Source: Chiloscyllium plagiosum | Lineage: Eukaryota | Assembly (NCBI RefSeq): GCF_004010195.1 | Contig: NC_057719.1 | Location: forward strand, 65,157,866 to 65,221,865 | Direction of reading: 5' to 3' | Length of the DNA: 64,000 bases | In this document: positions 37,222 to 50,449 of the stretch, piece by piece | How the letters are laid out: each line of letters starts with the position of its first letter | Numbering within the stretch: position 1 is the first letter of the stretch | Translations under genes and position numbers: made by a program | The notes under the pieces: generated by a model | What the model was told of the DNA's origin: nothing | What the model saw: only the letters and a program-made list of their open reading frames with translations | Databases searched by the model: none

Positions 37222-40200
37222 AAAACAAAGAACAAAGAAAATTTACAGCCCAGGAACAGGCCCTTTGGCCCTCCAAGCCTGAGCCAATCCAAATGTACTG
37301 TCTAAATCTCTCGCCCAATTCCTAAGCATCTGTATCCCTCTGCTCCCCACCTACTCATGCATCTGTCCAGACGCATCTTAAAGGAATCTACTGTGCCTGC
37401 CTCTACCACCTCTGCTGGCAAATGCCCAACACCCGCTGTGTAAAGTACTTGCCGCATGTATCTCCCTTAAACTTTCCACCTCTCACCTTGAAAGCCTGAC
37501 CTCTCGTTATTGAATCCTTCACCCTGGGAAAAAGCTTGTCTCTATCCACCCTGTCTATACCCTTCATGATTTTGTAAACCTCAATCTCCTTTTTTCTAAT
37601 GAAAATAAACCTAACCTTCTCAACCTCTCTTCATAGCTAGCACCTTCCATACCAGGCAACATCCTCGTAAACCTTCTCTGCATCCTCTCCAAAGCGTCCA
37701 CATCCTTTTGGTAATGTGTCGACCAGAACAGTATTCTAAATGCAGCCGAACCAATGTCTTGTACAATGTTACCATGACTTGCCAGCTTTTATACTCAATA
37801 CCCCGTCCAATGAAGGCAAGCATACTATATGCCTTCTTGACCACTCCATCCACCTGTGCAGCAACCTTCAGGGTACAATGGACCTGAACTCCCAGATATC
37901 TCTCTGCCCATCAACTTTTCCCAAGGCTCTTCCATTCATTGTATAATTCGCTCTAGAATTAGCCTTGTCTAAATGCATCACCTCACATTTGTCTGGATTG
38001 AAAACCATCTGCCACCTTTCCGCCCAACTCTCCACTCTATCTATATTCTCCTGTATTCTCTGACTGTCCCTTATGCTTTCTGCTACTCCACCAATCTTCG
38101 TGTCATCTGCAAACTTGCTGACCATACCAACAGTGCCCTCTCCCAGATCATTTATGTATATTACAAACAACAGTGGCCCCAGCACTGATCCCTGTGGAAC
38201 ACCACTGGTCACCTTTCTCCATTTCAAGAAACTCCCTTCAACTACTACTCTCTGTCTCCTGTTGTTCAACTAGTTCTTTATCCATCTAGCTAGAACACCC
38301 TGCACACCATGTGACTTCACTTTCTCCATTAGTCTGCAATGGGGAACCTTATCAAACACCTTACTAAAGTCCATGTATATGACATCAACAGCGTTTCCTT
38401 CATCTCTCAACTTGGTCACTTCCTTGAAGAACTCTATTAAGTTGGTAAGACACGATCTCCCCCGCACAAAACTATGTTGCCTGTCACTGATAAGCCCTTT
38501 CTTTTCTAAATATAAATAGATCTTATCCCTCAGTACCCTCTCAGCAACCTCCCCATCACCGACGTCATGCTTACTGGTCTGTAGTTACCCAGAATATTCC
38601 TACTACCCTTCTTGTACAGGGGGACAACATGAGTAACCTTCCAGTCCTCCAGCATCTCACCTGTATTTAAGGATGCCACAAAGATATCTGTCAGGGCCTC
38701 AGCTATTTCCTCTCTCACCTCTGTCAGTAACCTGGGATGGATCCCATCCAGTCCTGGGGATTTGTCCACTTTAGTGGGCGGCATGGTGGCACAGTGGTTA
38801 GCACTGCTGTCTCACAGCGCCAGAGACCTGGGTTCAATTCCCACCTCAGGCGACTGACTGTGTGGAGTTTGCACATTCTCCCTGTGTCTGCGTGGGTTTC
38901 CTCCGGGTGCTCCGGTTTCCTCCCACAGTCCAAAGATGTGCAGGTCGGGTGAATTGGCCATGCTAAATTGCCCGTAGTGTTAGGTAAGGGGTATGGGTGG
39001 GTTGCGCTTCGGCGGGGCGGTATGGACTTGTTGGGCCGAAGGGCCTGTTTCCACACTGTAAGTAATCTAATCTAATAATCTCTAGCCTACCCAACACATA
39101 TTCCCTACTTATGCCAATGTGATCCAGACTAATCAAACTTCTATCTCTATTCTCAAGATTCATCATGTTCCTCTCCTCAGTGAACACTAATGCAAAGTAA
39201 TCATTCAGAATCTCACCCATTCTCTCAGGTTCGACACACAGCCTTCCTTCATTATCCTGTATTGGACCAATCCTTTCTTTAGTTACCCATTTGAATCTTA
39301 TAAAATGCTTTGGGATTCTCCTTAATTCTGCTTGCTAAAGCTATTTCATGACCCCTTTTAGCCCATTTGATTCCTCATTTAAGACTTGTCCTACTCTTCT
39401 GATATTCCTCCAGGGCCCGTTCTGTTCTTAGCTGCCTAGACCTTATGTACGCTTCCCTTTTCCTCTTGGCTAGTTGTACAATTTCTCCTGTCATCCACGG
39501 TTCATGGATCTTGCCCTTCCTATCCTTTGCCTTCAACAGGACATGCCTATCCTGTACTATCTTTACCCTATCTTTGAAAGCCTCCCACATCTCAAATGTG
39601 GACTTCCCTTCAAATAGCTGTGTCTAATCCACATTTCTGAGCTCTTGCCTAATTTTGATATAATTGGCCTTGGCCCAGTTTAGTACTCTTCCCTCAGGAC
39701 CATTCTCTTCTTTATCTATGAGTATTCTAAAACTTACAGAATTGTGGCCACTGTTCCCAAAGAAATTCCCCACCGCATCTTCTACCACCTGTCCTGGCTC
39801 ATTTCCCAGTACCAGGTCCAATATGGCCCTTTCCCTCATCGGACTATTGACATACTGCTCTAGAAAACTCTCCTGGATGCTTCTTACAAATTCTACCCCA
39901 TCCAGACCTCTGACGCTAAGTGTATCCCAGTCAATATTGGGAAAATTAAAATCTCCTATCACCACTACCCTATTGCCTATACATCTTTCCATAATCTTAC
40001 CTATTTGTTTTTCTACCTCACGCTCATTATTGGGATGCCTGTAATACAGCCCCCTTCTAACTGCACCCTTCTTATTTCTCAGCTCCACCCATAAAGCCTC
40101 ACTCCCCAAGATCTCCATAGTGTCCTCCTTTAGCACAGCCGTGATATCATCCCTGACCAGTAATGCAACTCCATACCCCCTTTTACTTCCCTCCCTGTTC

Positions 40201-40580
40201 TGTCTTAAGCGTCTATATCCTGGAACATTTAGTTGCCAATCATCTTGCCCTTCCTTCAACCAAGTCTCTGTGATTGCAATAACGTGATACTCTCAGGCAC
40301 CAATCCAAGCCCTAGGTTCATCTGCCTTACACACTATGCTCCTTGCATTAATGTAGATGCATTTCAGGCCACCAGTTTTTTTGCACTCATCTGCAGTCTG
40401 CCTACTCTTCCTTTTATTAATGCTATCTTCATAATTCTTACAGTCTCCAGTCTCCACCTCACTGCCTACTTGTTTTCTCTTCTGGTTCCCAGCCCCCTGC
40501 CACATTAGTTTAAAAGCTCCCCAACAGCAGTAGTGAAAACTCCCCCAAGGAACATTGGTTTCGGTCTGGTTCAGATGGAG
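37222..40580 (-). mobile_element. Long CR1-clade LINE copy: disrupted ORF2 (APE endonuclease plus RT) and 3' UTR
   Basis: LKCIYINARSI, GDFNFPNIDW, ILDLVL, NYRPVSMTS, YMDFSKVFDKV, GVPQGSVLGP and KFADDTK in order; many frameshifts; (TTCTTTG)n tail. Confidence 0.95.
38776..39075 (+). mobile_element. HE1-type V-SINE nested in the CR1 copy
   Basis: Near-consensus head, V-domain and tail; splits CR1 ORF2 at ...KVDKSPG. Confidence 0.92.
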
Positions 40581-41426
40581 CACTTGTGCAAGTTTCTTTA
40601 TTATCTTACCTTTTTACCAGTTTTGTAAATGAATGCCTATTTACTAATAAACAGCAAGATTAAAGTATGCATTCACACATGTCATACCTTGCTCCCATCA
40701 GAGAATAGCATTTGCAGTATGTGCTCTGTAGTATGAAGATGGAGAACCATCAGCCTGTGTGATCTTTTAGAATGCGGCAAGTATCTAATCCAAACATTGT
40801 GGCACACAGTAAATTGCATACTTGATGAAAAGTCCAGCTAAACTTCTTAAACTTGTGGTTATATTGCTGTGTGGGAAAATTCTCACAAAAATGCAAAGTA
40901 TCTTTCCTGATGTTGTTTGTTTATATAAGTAATAAACAAAACGGATGCAAATTCAGTGTGACTGTTTATGAATCAAAAAAAATTCTAACTCAAAGGAAAT
41001 CAATCCAGCATCCAATAATATTTCTATAAAGAATTGAAAATTCACTGGATGCAACCTTGTGCACTTAAATCAGTAAAATTGAAGTTTGGATCATTTCCAA
41101 TAAGGGGAAGAGGGACAAGAGTAAACAACTGCTTTGGGACAGAAAAAAAGGAACCTTACTGGATTAAATATGAAGAGTGAACTTGTTCCACAGAGGGGTG
41201 GTGAAGGGAACAGGGAAAACACTGTTGGAAATGGAAGATTTCAATGTCTCTTTGGGGTGTTAGTGACACTGGCTTTCATGTCCATCCATAATATAATTGA
41301 CTGGTTTGCCAGACCATTTCAGAAGTCAAGTTGGAATGGGATGGGCTGAGTATGGATAGCAGGTTGCTTCATATCATGTCTGCATTCCTGTAGACTAATA
41401 AATAGAATGACAGTGTCAGTAAATAA

Positions 41427-41622
41427 TTTGGAGGTACCGGTGTTGGACTGGGGTGTACAAAGTTAAAAATTACACAATACCAGGTTATAGTCCAACAGGT
41501 TTAATTGGAAGCACTAGCTTTTGGAGCGCTGCTCTGAACCACCTGATGAAGGAGCAGTGCTCCGAAAGCTAGTGCTTCCAAATAAACCTGTTGGGCTATA
41601 ACCTGGCGTTGTGTGATTTTTA
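41427..41622. mobile_element. Penelope-like fold-back mini-element (family C), 11-14 bp TSD
   Basis: Inverted arms; acagtgtcagt at 41410-41420 and 41623-41633. Confidence 0.85.
41540..41574 (+). ncRNA. Minimal hammerhead ribozyme motif, intact core (family C)
   Basis: CAC-CUGAUGA-A-GGAGC(AGU)GCUCC-GAAA-GC-UA/GUG; predicted cleavage after 41571. Confidence 0.75.
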
Positions 41623-44097
41623 ACAGTGTCAGTCAAGGAATGATCAATAGCCTGGATGCCATTAAAATTTAATGTTCTTTCTTGAATCACACCAGAGAAC
41701 ATTTAACATCCACGGTCCATCTAACATCAGCACTGTGCTATCTTGATGAACTATTACATTGTTCAATAAAGTGCAATACACTTTCAACAATAGACCTTTG
41801 TGGTATTCAACATTCCTATTACTTCACTAGTGTAGCATGAGATCTGGGGCTGCACTTGCTTCAGGGACTTGTGGTTTTTAAATACAGTTTCACAGGAGGG
41901 ATGGTCATTTCCTGTTGCTGCCTCTTCATCAACCTGATTAGATTTCTTGTCAGGAGGGAAAAACTGGATTGCAGTCAGGAGGTGGTTAAGTGAACCACTT
42001 TTATGTAATGATTTATCTTCGTTTTTCTCTCTCTTATACACCTTTGCCACTTGGAGCTTGAATTTCTTGCATTGACCACTTTATGCTTCTAAATGTCAAT
42101 ATCTGATGAGCTCATTGGCAGTTTGAACTTTGTCATGGGAATACAGTGGTGGAGGTGATGCAGATCAGTGACATATCTCATACTCCACTATATCATTGTT
42201 TCTAGCACTTGTTGCTTTATTTGAAATTCTACATTACAAAGGAAGCATGATGAGTGATGCCCCTGCTGCAGACTGTAAAAATGCTACTGTGCCTTAGACT
42301 AGAAGCAGCTAGACTACAATGAGGAACTCACTGGGTATCACGGTAGGACAAAGTGGTTTTTCTATATTTTGTAATTCATAATGATTTGCAAACAATAGCA
42401 CTTAAGATGTCTGTAATCAGATAATTTCTCAGAGAATGAGAGAGTTGCTGCCTCCCATTAGACAGAAATGACCAATGATTGCACCACTAAATAACTCCTT
42501 GCCAGCTGGCATCTATACTTGCACATTGATGTCATTAAATCAGAAATGGCAATGTCTGGATAACGGAATGTTCAAAAGATATCCTAACCAGCACAGTAAA
42601 GCTTAAGCATTCAAAACCATGTGCTTAATACATCAAAGAATGCTGCCAGCATTCCTCCTGACTTGGTCTAATTGATTTGCAATCTTAGAGAGATGACATA
42701 CTAGTAAGTCTTAACAATAAGGCATTCTTTTCACAATATGTAGTTTATTGCATGATAGCAATTAGATACATTTTTTCTTAGATACCTAGACATTGTTACT
42801 AAATTGGGAGTCTTAGATGACACATCTGTCCTCGAGTCATCTGGAGCTGTGCTTCCGATTGTCATCATTTCAGACCATAAAACATTATTCTATTGGATGG
42901 AGCCGAATGCAGATTCTAACATGCACCATTTTGAAGCCTTTAGAAGCAACAACAACATTCATTTGTACAACTGTGTTCCAACATGGAGCAATTCTTGCAC
43001 TTCCCAATGTCATATTTTGGCAAATGTTTATAGAAAAAAAAGTATTTTAAAGAGAACCACTAGTTTGGATGCAGGTCAACTCACCAGCGGACATCGCAGT
43101 TTGCAGAGGAGGTCTCACGGCCCCCGAAAGGATTTGATGCTTGTTTAAGTGCGGGCTTTGAGTGCCTCTCTTTCTTTTATTACTAACATGTCTAAGAGGT
43201 ACTTCCTGTGCAAAGTGAGCACAAACGCCCTGCATACTATATAATATGCTTAGATTGGAAAAATTGAGATAGATCAACTGAACTTCTCAGCTACTTTCTC
43301 TCTGAGACTACATGCACTTCGAAAGTATTAACAGATGCTTTCCTACTCGACCCCACAACCTTTGAACAGATCATCCAAAAATTAATAACATCTTTCACCT
43401 CTGTCACTCCAAACCCTCCTGAATGGGGAGGTAGGGAAAGCACGAGGACAAGAAAATAAGTTCCTTACTAATATGGTCGTTTTAAATTATTTCCATGAAA
43501 AATTATTGTGTTTAGATTGAGTTTTTATTAAAGTCCTGCAGCTAAATTAAGCATTTCTCAACTGCTTTGAACCAGACCACACTCAACCAAACCACTTAAC
43601 TACTCATTAGTAAGACATCCTGATAGCTATTTGTGGAGTATAGTTGCTGCAGTGTGTGAGGTATTGATTGCACCTTATGTTTGTAACATACTTCAGTTCC
43701 ACACTATATTCTGGGAGGACTAATCTGACAAGATACATGGAGTGGGATTCTACTCTAGTGCCTGCATTTAATCAGAAAATTGTTGGTGTGCTGCTGCTGG
43801 GGACATTCCTTCCATTGAAGTTGCCCCACTCATGATGCTTGGTTATATGTTTCCAGAAGGTGAACACCTTGATTGGTTTTTTTTAGAAAAAAGCTGCCTA
43901 TCCTGCAGAATGTTTGCAAGAGTATTGCTTACTTTAATGGTGCCATCTGCCTCAATTATGAGATCATTATGGCTGAATAATGAAATATCCTGTTTTCCTG
44001 TGATATATGGGGGAAGTACTGATGTCATGTCAACATCATTCGACTTGTAATCCAGAGGCCAAAGTTTCTGCTCTGGGGATAAGGCTCCATGGCAGAT

Positions 44098-45328
44098 ACA
44101 TACGGAAGAACCCTAAGGAAAAAAATACACATAAAACATACACCAAACACAGGTGTAAAGTTTATGAAGGGCAGTGTGTGAGAGATTATATTCTAGGTCC
44201 CTTCACTAACCCACTTACAAGCGCTTTATATTTCCCACTCACAAACGCTTTATGTTTATTTATTCATAACTCATTTACTAACCCACTGACAAGCAAGCAC
44301 CGTTTTCCCATTTCATTCATTCATAACTCCCTACTGTAACACAGTTTGGTCATGGTTCTAGGCTGAGAGGTTGAGTTTGTGAAACGTTGGGAAATTATTT
44401 CCTCCCATCCGCTTCCAATCCTCAAGTGTACAATAGAGATGGAAATGGTTGGCAGCCCAAGCAAAAGGTAGAGTAAGTGATGATTCTGTGAAAGGGGGTC
44501 TTCACTTTCATGCCTCGTGAGGGTCTTCCAAGGGCGACAGCATTTACAGATGCCCAGACCGTACAGGTGAATGACAGCTGTGAACACCAAAGCGCTTCTG
44601 TGAACTTTACACCTTCCCTCTTGTTGGCTTGCACTCCCAAAAGGCTGAAGGTGTAAGGCATGGTGTAAGTGCATCTCTAGAGTGTCCTGAGAGATGACCA
44701 TAGGGGGCCCTACTATAACACAGTTTCATTCATTCATTCATAAAACCACAGTTTTGTATATATTTTACTATTATGAGATAGACCAAGTTAAAACAACCCA
44801 TTCTAAATAAAAAAACCCTTCAAACCCATTACTGCATTTTCACATCTTATCAGCTTTTGCTACAAGCAGTGTTTAGGCCTATTTACCTCTGAATAAGTGT
44901 AGCATATTCAGAACATTGCCAACCCCATCATTCATGAAACATTATAGTATTAATCAGCCCTTACAAACCATCGCTCGGATCTGAATAGATTACAGAACAC
45001 CAAATATTTTCCCCAATTAGTATGTACTTGTTGAATACCTTTTAACTGGGCCATTATCCCTTTAAGAAACTAACTGTCAAAACAGCGCTTATGTGAAATT
45101 GCATGAATGAATGAAGCTCGCACCAGCAACTAGCAAACAAGCCTCACAACCCAGCTTCAACAAACAGTTTAATATCCTTTATTCTTTTATTAAGCACAGG
45201 CACAATTTCTAACTTATTTAGAGCATATAGGCCTAGTAGTTTTACTAATATTTACTAACTTTAAAGACAAATGGACTAGCATATCTTAATTATGCAAGCA
45301 GACTGGACAGACACTCTTAATCCCATCA
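44098..45328 (-). mobile_element. Unclassified element, possibly LTR plus leader-like, with internal short repeats
   Basis: Compositionally distinct A/C-rich block; minus strand TG...AATAAA...CA over 45328-45092; repeated ttcattcattcat and ctaacccact motifs; no clear primer-binding site or TSD. Confidence 0.3.
44345..44711 (+). repeat. About 365-bp local duplication of 45969-46345
   Basis: Colinear similarity throughout, by eye roughly 80%; flanked by a 19-bp direct repeat. Confidence 0.9.
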
Positions 45329-45968
45329 GAAGTAGCAGCCAGCACTTAACACATGTTTTAACCCATTTCCTGTCTCCCAGGGCAGAAGCCCCTCAAACCT
45401 TAGTGTACCATAGATATGAAATGTAACATTATTGTAATGGAATTTTAATATATGTAAGAACTGTGAGTAAAAAGGCTAGTGCATGAACAGTATTTCAGGA
45501 TTTGATTCCTGCCTCGAACTTGTGCTACTTGTGGTTTCTGAATAAAAGAGGCTATTTGATTTTGGTCATTATTTGAACATAATCCCACAGTGTGTGGTAT
45601 AAAAGGTCAAGAATATACAGTTAAATAAATTGTACTCGAGGTATTAGAGGTGTGAAACCATGGCTGTTTAATGGAAGTCTTCTATGCTTGGTGAAATCTG
45701 GTGAAATTTGTAAATACCTTTTGAGTTCTGAGTGGTTAAATGTTCCTGTGTTGCTTTGTTTGTTGTTTTTCAGGAAGCTGAGGAAACAGGCAGCGAGAAT
45801 CTTCCAGTTCTGTATTATAAATCAGTTTTCCTTCACTGTCTGGTCCAAAAGCTTTTTACCTGAGGAGAAACTGAAGAGATAAACAGTTAAATAACCTTAG
45901 AAAGGGATGAGGGGAACCACAAAGCAAATAGGGTCAAAGTGGAAGGCAACCAACAGGGAAAATGTAGA

Positions 45969-48200
45969 TTTGATCAGGAATCTAGGCTGAGAGATTGAGT
46001 TTGTGTCTTGCTTTGTGACATATTTCCATCATTTCCTTCCATTCACATCCAATCCTCAAGTGTACAATAAAGATGAAAATGACTGCCATCACAAGCAGAG
46101 GGTAGAGTAAGTGATGATTCTGTGAAGGAGGGTCTCCATTTTCCTGCCTCATGAAGCTCTTCCAAAGGCGACAGCATTAACAGATGCCCAGACCATACAG
46201 GTGAATGACAGCTGTGAACACAGAAGCGATTCTGTGTACCTTACACGTTCCCTCTTGTTGGCTTGCACTCCCAAACGGTTGAAGATGTAAGGCATGGTGT
46301 TAGTGCACCTCTAGAGTGTCCTGAGAGGTGACCGTAGGAGGCCCTGCGTGCAGTTCCTGCTGGGTCCCCCATGACACTGCCCTGTCTCCTTGTGAAGAAG
46401 AGGGTCAATGTCCCTTATCCCCTCTTGCTTTGCTGTTGGTTCTGAGCAGCAATGGCTAACGCAAAGGATTGTAGCCACCAACCTATCCATTGAAGCAACC
46501 AGATGCTCACGTGCCAAAGGCAGCACAGTATAAACAGCACTGGTAGAATTCCCTAACATTTATCAGTTCACCGGTGTCCTCTCCAAACCTGTCTGCTGCT
46601 CCTGTGTCAGCTTGTGCACTTGCAGAAACTGGTTGATTGCTGATACTATGGGATCCTCTCCTCTCCTAGGGATGAGCTGTCCTCCAAGTCCTCCTGCAGG
46701 AAGTGCTTTAGCTGTATGACTAGTTGCAGAGACATTGCAGTGATGTGTTCACTAGCATGTGGTTCCGACTCTTGGTGACAGGGATTGTGTAGGGAAGAGA
46801 GAATGAGGAGCAAAGCAGGAGTTCAGGCATATGAGGAGTATATTCAGAGTGATGGAAATTGGGAGAGTAATTCAACAGACAATGATTCTCACTTGGTTGC
46901 CAGGACATGGAGGACAACTAAAATTAACATGGTCCTGTCCCACAGGGAAAGGATTCTCACCCCCTACAGATAAAAAAATGAAAGGCAAGCATCGCACCAC
47001 TTCTCTTGGTTTCCTCCAGCCTATTGTGGGCTGTTTTCTCCTGCAATGAGAAAAAGGAGGGAGGTGGGTGTTGAATGAGTGAAATGAAAAGCAAGATGAC
47101 AGCCTTCAGTCAAGGGGTCTTGGTACAATGAGTGAAGGGCAGTATCTGATCTCAGTCCAGGGGCTCCGGCACATTCACTCACCTGCTTTGGGGAGGGGGG
47201 CGGAGGTCAAGGTTAAGGGGCCTGTATCACTACAGAATGGAGTGTTGGCCATGGTCAGTGCTGGAGACACTCAGCGAAAGTCAAAGGGTGGAGATCATTG
47301 GGTCACTGCTGTGGGAGGGAAGCTGGGGAATCAAATGTGGGAATTGGAGGCAGCATGTTGGGATGCAAAAAGGACAATAATCATGATGGGGAGAAACGCA
47401 AGATAGAAGGGAGGGGGAGATGGTGGTAGGTTACTGCAAGGCTTATTGACGATTACAATGACCGTGGCTTTGGAGGGGAGTGTTAGTGGGGGCAGGGGTG
47501 GGAGAACAATACAGCATGATTGTTGGCATGTCCAAGCTGCAGGCTACACTGGACACAGGGGGGAAGAGTAGCATTCCGTCAGATAAGGTTCTAAGATGGG
47601 ATGAGATTAAGGATGGGTAACCTGCACTTAAATAGGAATATGTTTACAAATGTGCTCCGGTATTTGCAATGAACTGCCAGCTATGCCACCTAGGTGCCCT
47701 ATGAAGTATTTATCTTCCCACTACCTGCCTGGTGAAGGGCAACTTCTTGCTAAAATTTGGCACACAGATGGGCATAATGGGCATGAGCAGTTGGCAGATG
47801 CTGGAGTGTGTGTGTGTGTGTGTGGTGGGTGCCTATGCTTCATGCCCCAAGGTGCTGTTTGGTGCTGAACAACAAAGAGGTGCTTTGGAACAAGTGGCAA
47901 GCTAAAGTTGCCAGGTACCTGCTCTGATTTCCATATGGGGTTTTCTCAATGTTGAGCTTGTTCAGTCTGTTTAGTAGGATAGGGAGCTGAAAACTGATGA
48001 GGTGAGTTGGGTTGCTACCAAAATGTTTAACAAGCTGTAACCCCGCTTCATTGGTGACTCAATGCTGCCTGGTGAGACACTCATTCACATTGCTTGTTCA
48101 AAACATAAAAGGTGGAGCAAAATGTCCCTGATGTCAAGCTAGGCCTCATGAGACTGCTCATTTGATTCTACTTCAAATATTACCATAGCCCGTGTCACTC
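45969..48200 (-). mobile_element. Harbinger/PIF relic with Myb/SANT-like exon 2
   Basis: Minus strand tttctcattgcag|GAGAAAACAGCCCACAATAGG (EKTAHNR) starting at 47040; limits approximate. Confidence 0.5.
47806..47824. repeat. (GT)n microsatellite
   Basis: gtgtgtgtgtgtgtgtgtg. Confidence 0.9.
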
Positions 48201-48272
48201 AAATCCCTATAGGTTTCCCTTCAATACGTCTGATTGGATATATTTATCAGAACACATGGGTTTCCATTCTTT

Positions 48273-48514
48273 AGAGTCATGGAGTCATAGAGAGGTAGAA
48301 CATGGATACAATTTGTCCATGCCGACCAGATATTTTAAACTTCCTCTGGCAGGTCATTCCATACACACACCACCATCTGAGTGAAAAAGTTACCCCTTAG
48401 GTCTCTTTTATATCTTTCTTCTCTCACTCTGGACCTATGCCCCCTAGTTCTGGATTCTCCCAACCCAGGGAAAAGACTTTGTCTATTTATCCTGTCCATG
48501 CCCCTCATGACTTT
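48273..48514 (-). mobile_element. 5'-truncated CR1 3' fragment
   Basis: ORF 48335-48526 MRGMDRINRQSLFP...NFFTQMVVCVWNDLP; (CTATGACT)n-type tail. Confidence 0.88.
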
Positions 48515-49496
48515 ATTTTGCTCCACCTTTCATGTTTTGGACAAGCAATGTGTATAAGTAAAGGGAAAACATAGTATAGGCATGGATCAGACAGGTCTGT
48601 CTCATTTAATACAGTTATATGACATCAAGTTCTAGTGTAAAGGTATCTACCTCATGTTCAGTCACTCTGGCTCCATTATACACAATGTAGTGTGTCCAGT
48701 CAGTTATTGGTCAGTGTGTGTGATGTACTGTAATATCAGTAAGTGCAGAACCACTTTGCATGTAAGTCAGTGATATTGTAGTGTGTAAAATCTAAGTATT
48801 AATAAACTTCAAGAACCCCATTTAAACCAAACGTTATGGGATATTTTACAGGATAACATATAGAAAGCTACAAAGTGTTTCAATAATGATGCAATTCATT
48901 GGTAGTTGTAATAATGAACAAAGCTATTACTGGATTGCTACATTTTAAAGAATTGGTAGACAAATATTATTCCTCCTTGTTTAGAGTAGGAAAATATGCA
49001 GCGTTCTTCCTCTTGTGGCTGTCCTGGTCCTCTTCAGAGGATGGTTCCATCCCAATAAGAGAGAAAAATAATGTAAAACCTGTTTAAATGTCCACAGTGT
49101 GTAATAATGGTTAGATGTGGCACTGCTGTGAAAATACATGGAGGCAGAAAGAGCCATTAACCTTCTCAATGCCCCTTTGACAGACTGGGTGCAAGCTCAT
49201 TCCGACAGGATATTACTCCTTGCTTCAAATTCCCTTGAGTTGTTGACTTGGTTTGGCGGAAGTGCCCTTGCTTCCATCTCAATGTTATGGATTTGAACAC
49301 CACTCCGAGATTTGAGCACATCGTTTATACAGTGTCACTATCTTCCGAAAGACTATTAACTAAAAAGAAATCTAAAAGTCTAGTTTTAACCAATATAACC
49401 ACATTGTAATGTTCTGATTTTATTGAAACAATGTGGTTGGAAAATTAAACTCAACAAGCGCTATTAACATTATAACATTTCGGGCCTTGTTCCAGT

Positions 49497-49590
49497 CCCT
49501 TCAAGGGTCACTGGACCTGAAACATTAACTCTGATTTCTCTCCATAGATGCTGTCAGACCTGCTGAGCTTTTCCAGCAATTTTTGTTTGT
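49497..49590 (+). mobile_element. Penelope-like terminal repeat relic (family B)
   Basis: aagggtcactggacctGAAAcattaactctgatttctctccatagatgctg. Confidence 0.65.
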
Positions 49591-50079
49591 GATTAGATGT
49601 TGAATATGTTACACTGAGGTGAGGGAAGGTGCTATACAACTACACACATGTGAGAAATCTTATCAAAATATCATTATCCTTACTGATCATTGCACAGATA
49701 TCCTTGCTAGCTAACATGGGTGAAGTCTCCACAGACAACATAATAGATTAAGTCTGGCAGCAATCAAGGACTGTAGGTAATGAAGGAGATAATGAAATTC
49801 ATGTTACAGCATGCATTATTTTAGAACTTTTTAAAAATCACCATTCGTTGTTTAAGTAGTTTCTGTTCCAACACCTTGTTCTGGTTTCCTCTACTTGAAA
49901 AAAGCAGTTTCTCTGTATCTACTCCATTGATTTCATTGTCATTTTAAGAGCCTTGATTAGATCACTCCATGACTTTCTCAACTGAAGTCAATATAAGACA
50001 ACTTGACACAAATTGCCCACATAACTTCATTCTTCAAACTCCCAGTGTTATTCTGGTGAATCGGCATCATCAGAACAGA

Positions 50080-50240
50080 TGTGATGGAGATGGAGGAACT
50101 GGGAGAATGGAATAGAGTATTTATAGGAAGTAGAGTGTGAGGACATCTAGTCAAGGTAAATCTGGGAGTTAGTTGGTTTACAATGGATATGGATGGCCAA
50201 CCTCCCCATAAATAGAAATGGAGATGTCGAAGAAAGGAAA
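50080..50240 (-). mobile_element. Penelope-like RT C-terminal relic
   Basis: Minus strand PFFDISI...IHCKPTNSQIYLD...SIPFSQFLHL. Confidence 0.6.
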
Positions 50241-50344
50241 AGTAAAAAAAAAGACGTTGCTAAATGTGAATAAAAACCATCTATTGTTAACCGAATAATT
50301 ATTAAGAGTATGCTGACTGTGAATAGATGATAAATTTCAGCTTC

Positions 50345-50445
50345 CATCATTCCTGATGAAGGGCTTATGCCCAAAACATCAATTCTCCTGCCCCTCGGAT
50401 GCTGCCTGACCTGCTGCGCTTTTCCAGCACCACACTTTGGACTCC
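50345..50445 (+). mobile_element. Penelope-like terminal repeat (family A) with hammerhead at 50349-50384
   Basis: attcCTGATGAagggcttatgcccAAAAcatcaatt (CpG-decayed). Confidence 0.75.
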
Positions 50446-50449
50446 TACT

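Noticed and set aside
38776..38845. tRNA gene (also 17769, 33564 and other SINE heads)
   Set aside because: The A and B boxes continue into a V-domain and a LINE-derived tail, so these are tRNA-derived SINEs.
39624..40259. 211-aa endonuclease ORF as an active LINE
   Set aside because: The element has many frameshifts and stops and a nested SINE.
45774..45890. Exon after the strong acceptor tttgttgtttttcag
   Set aside because: No convincing donor downstream and no recognisable peptide.
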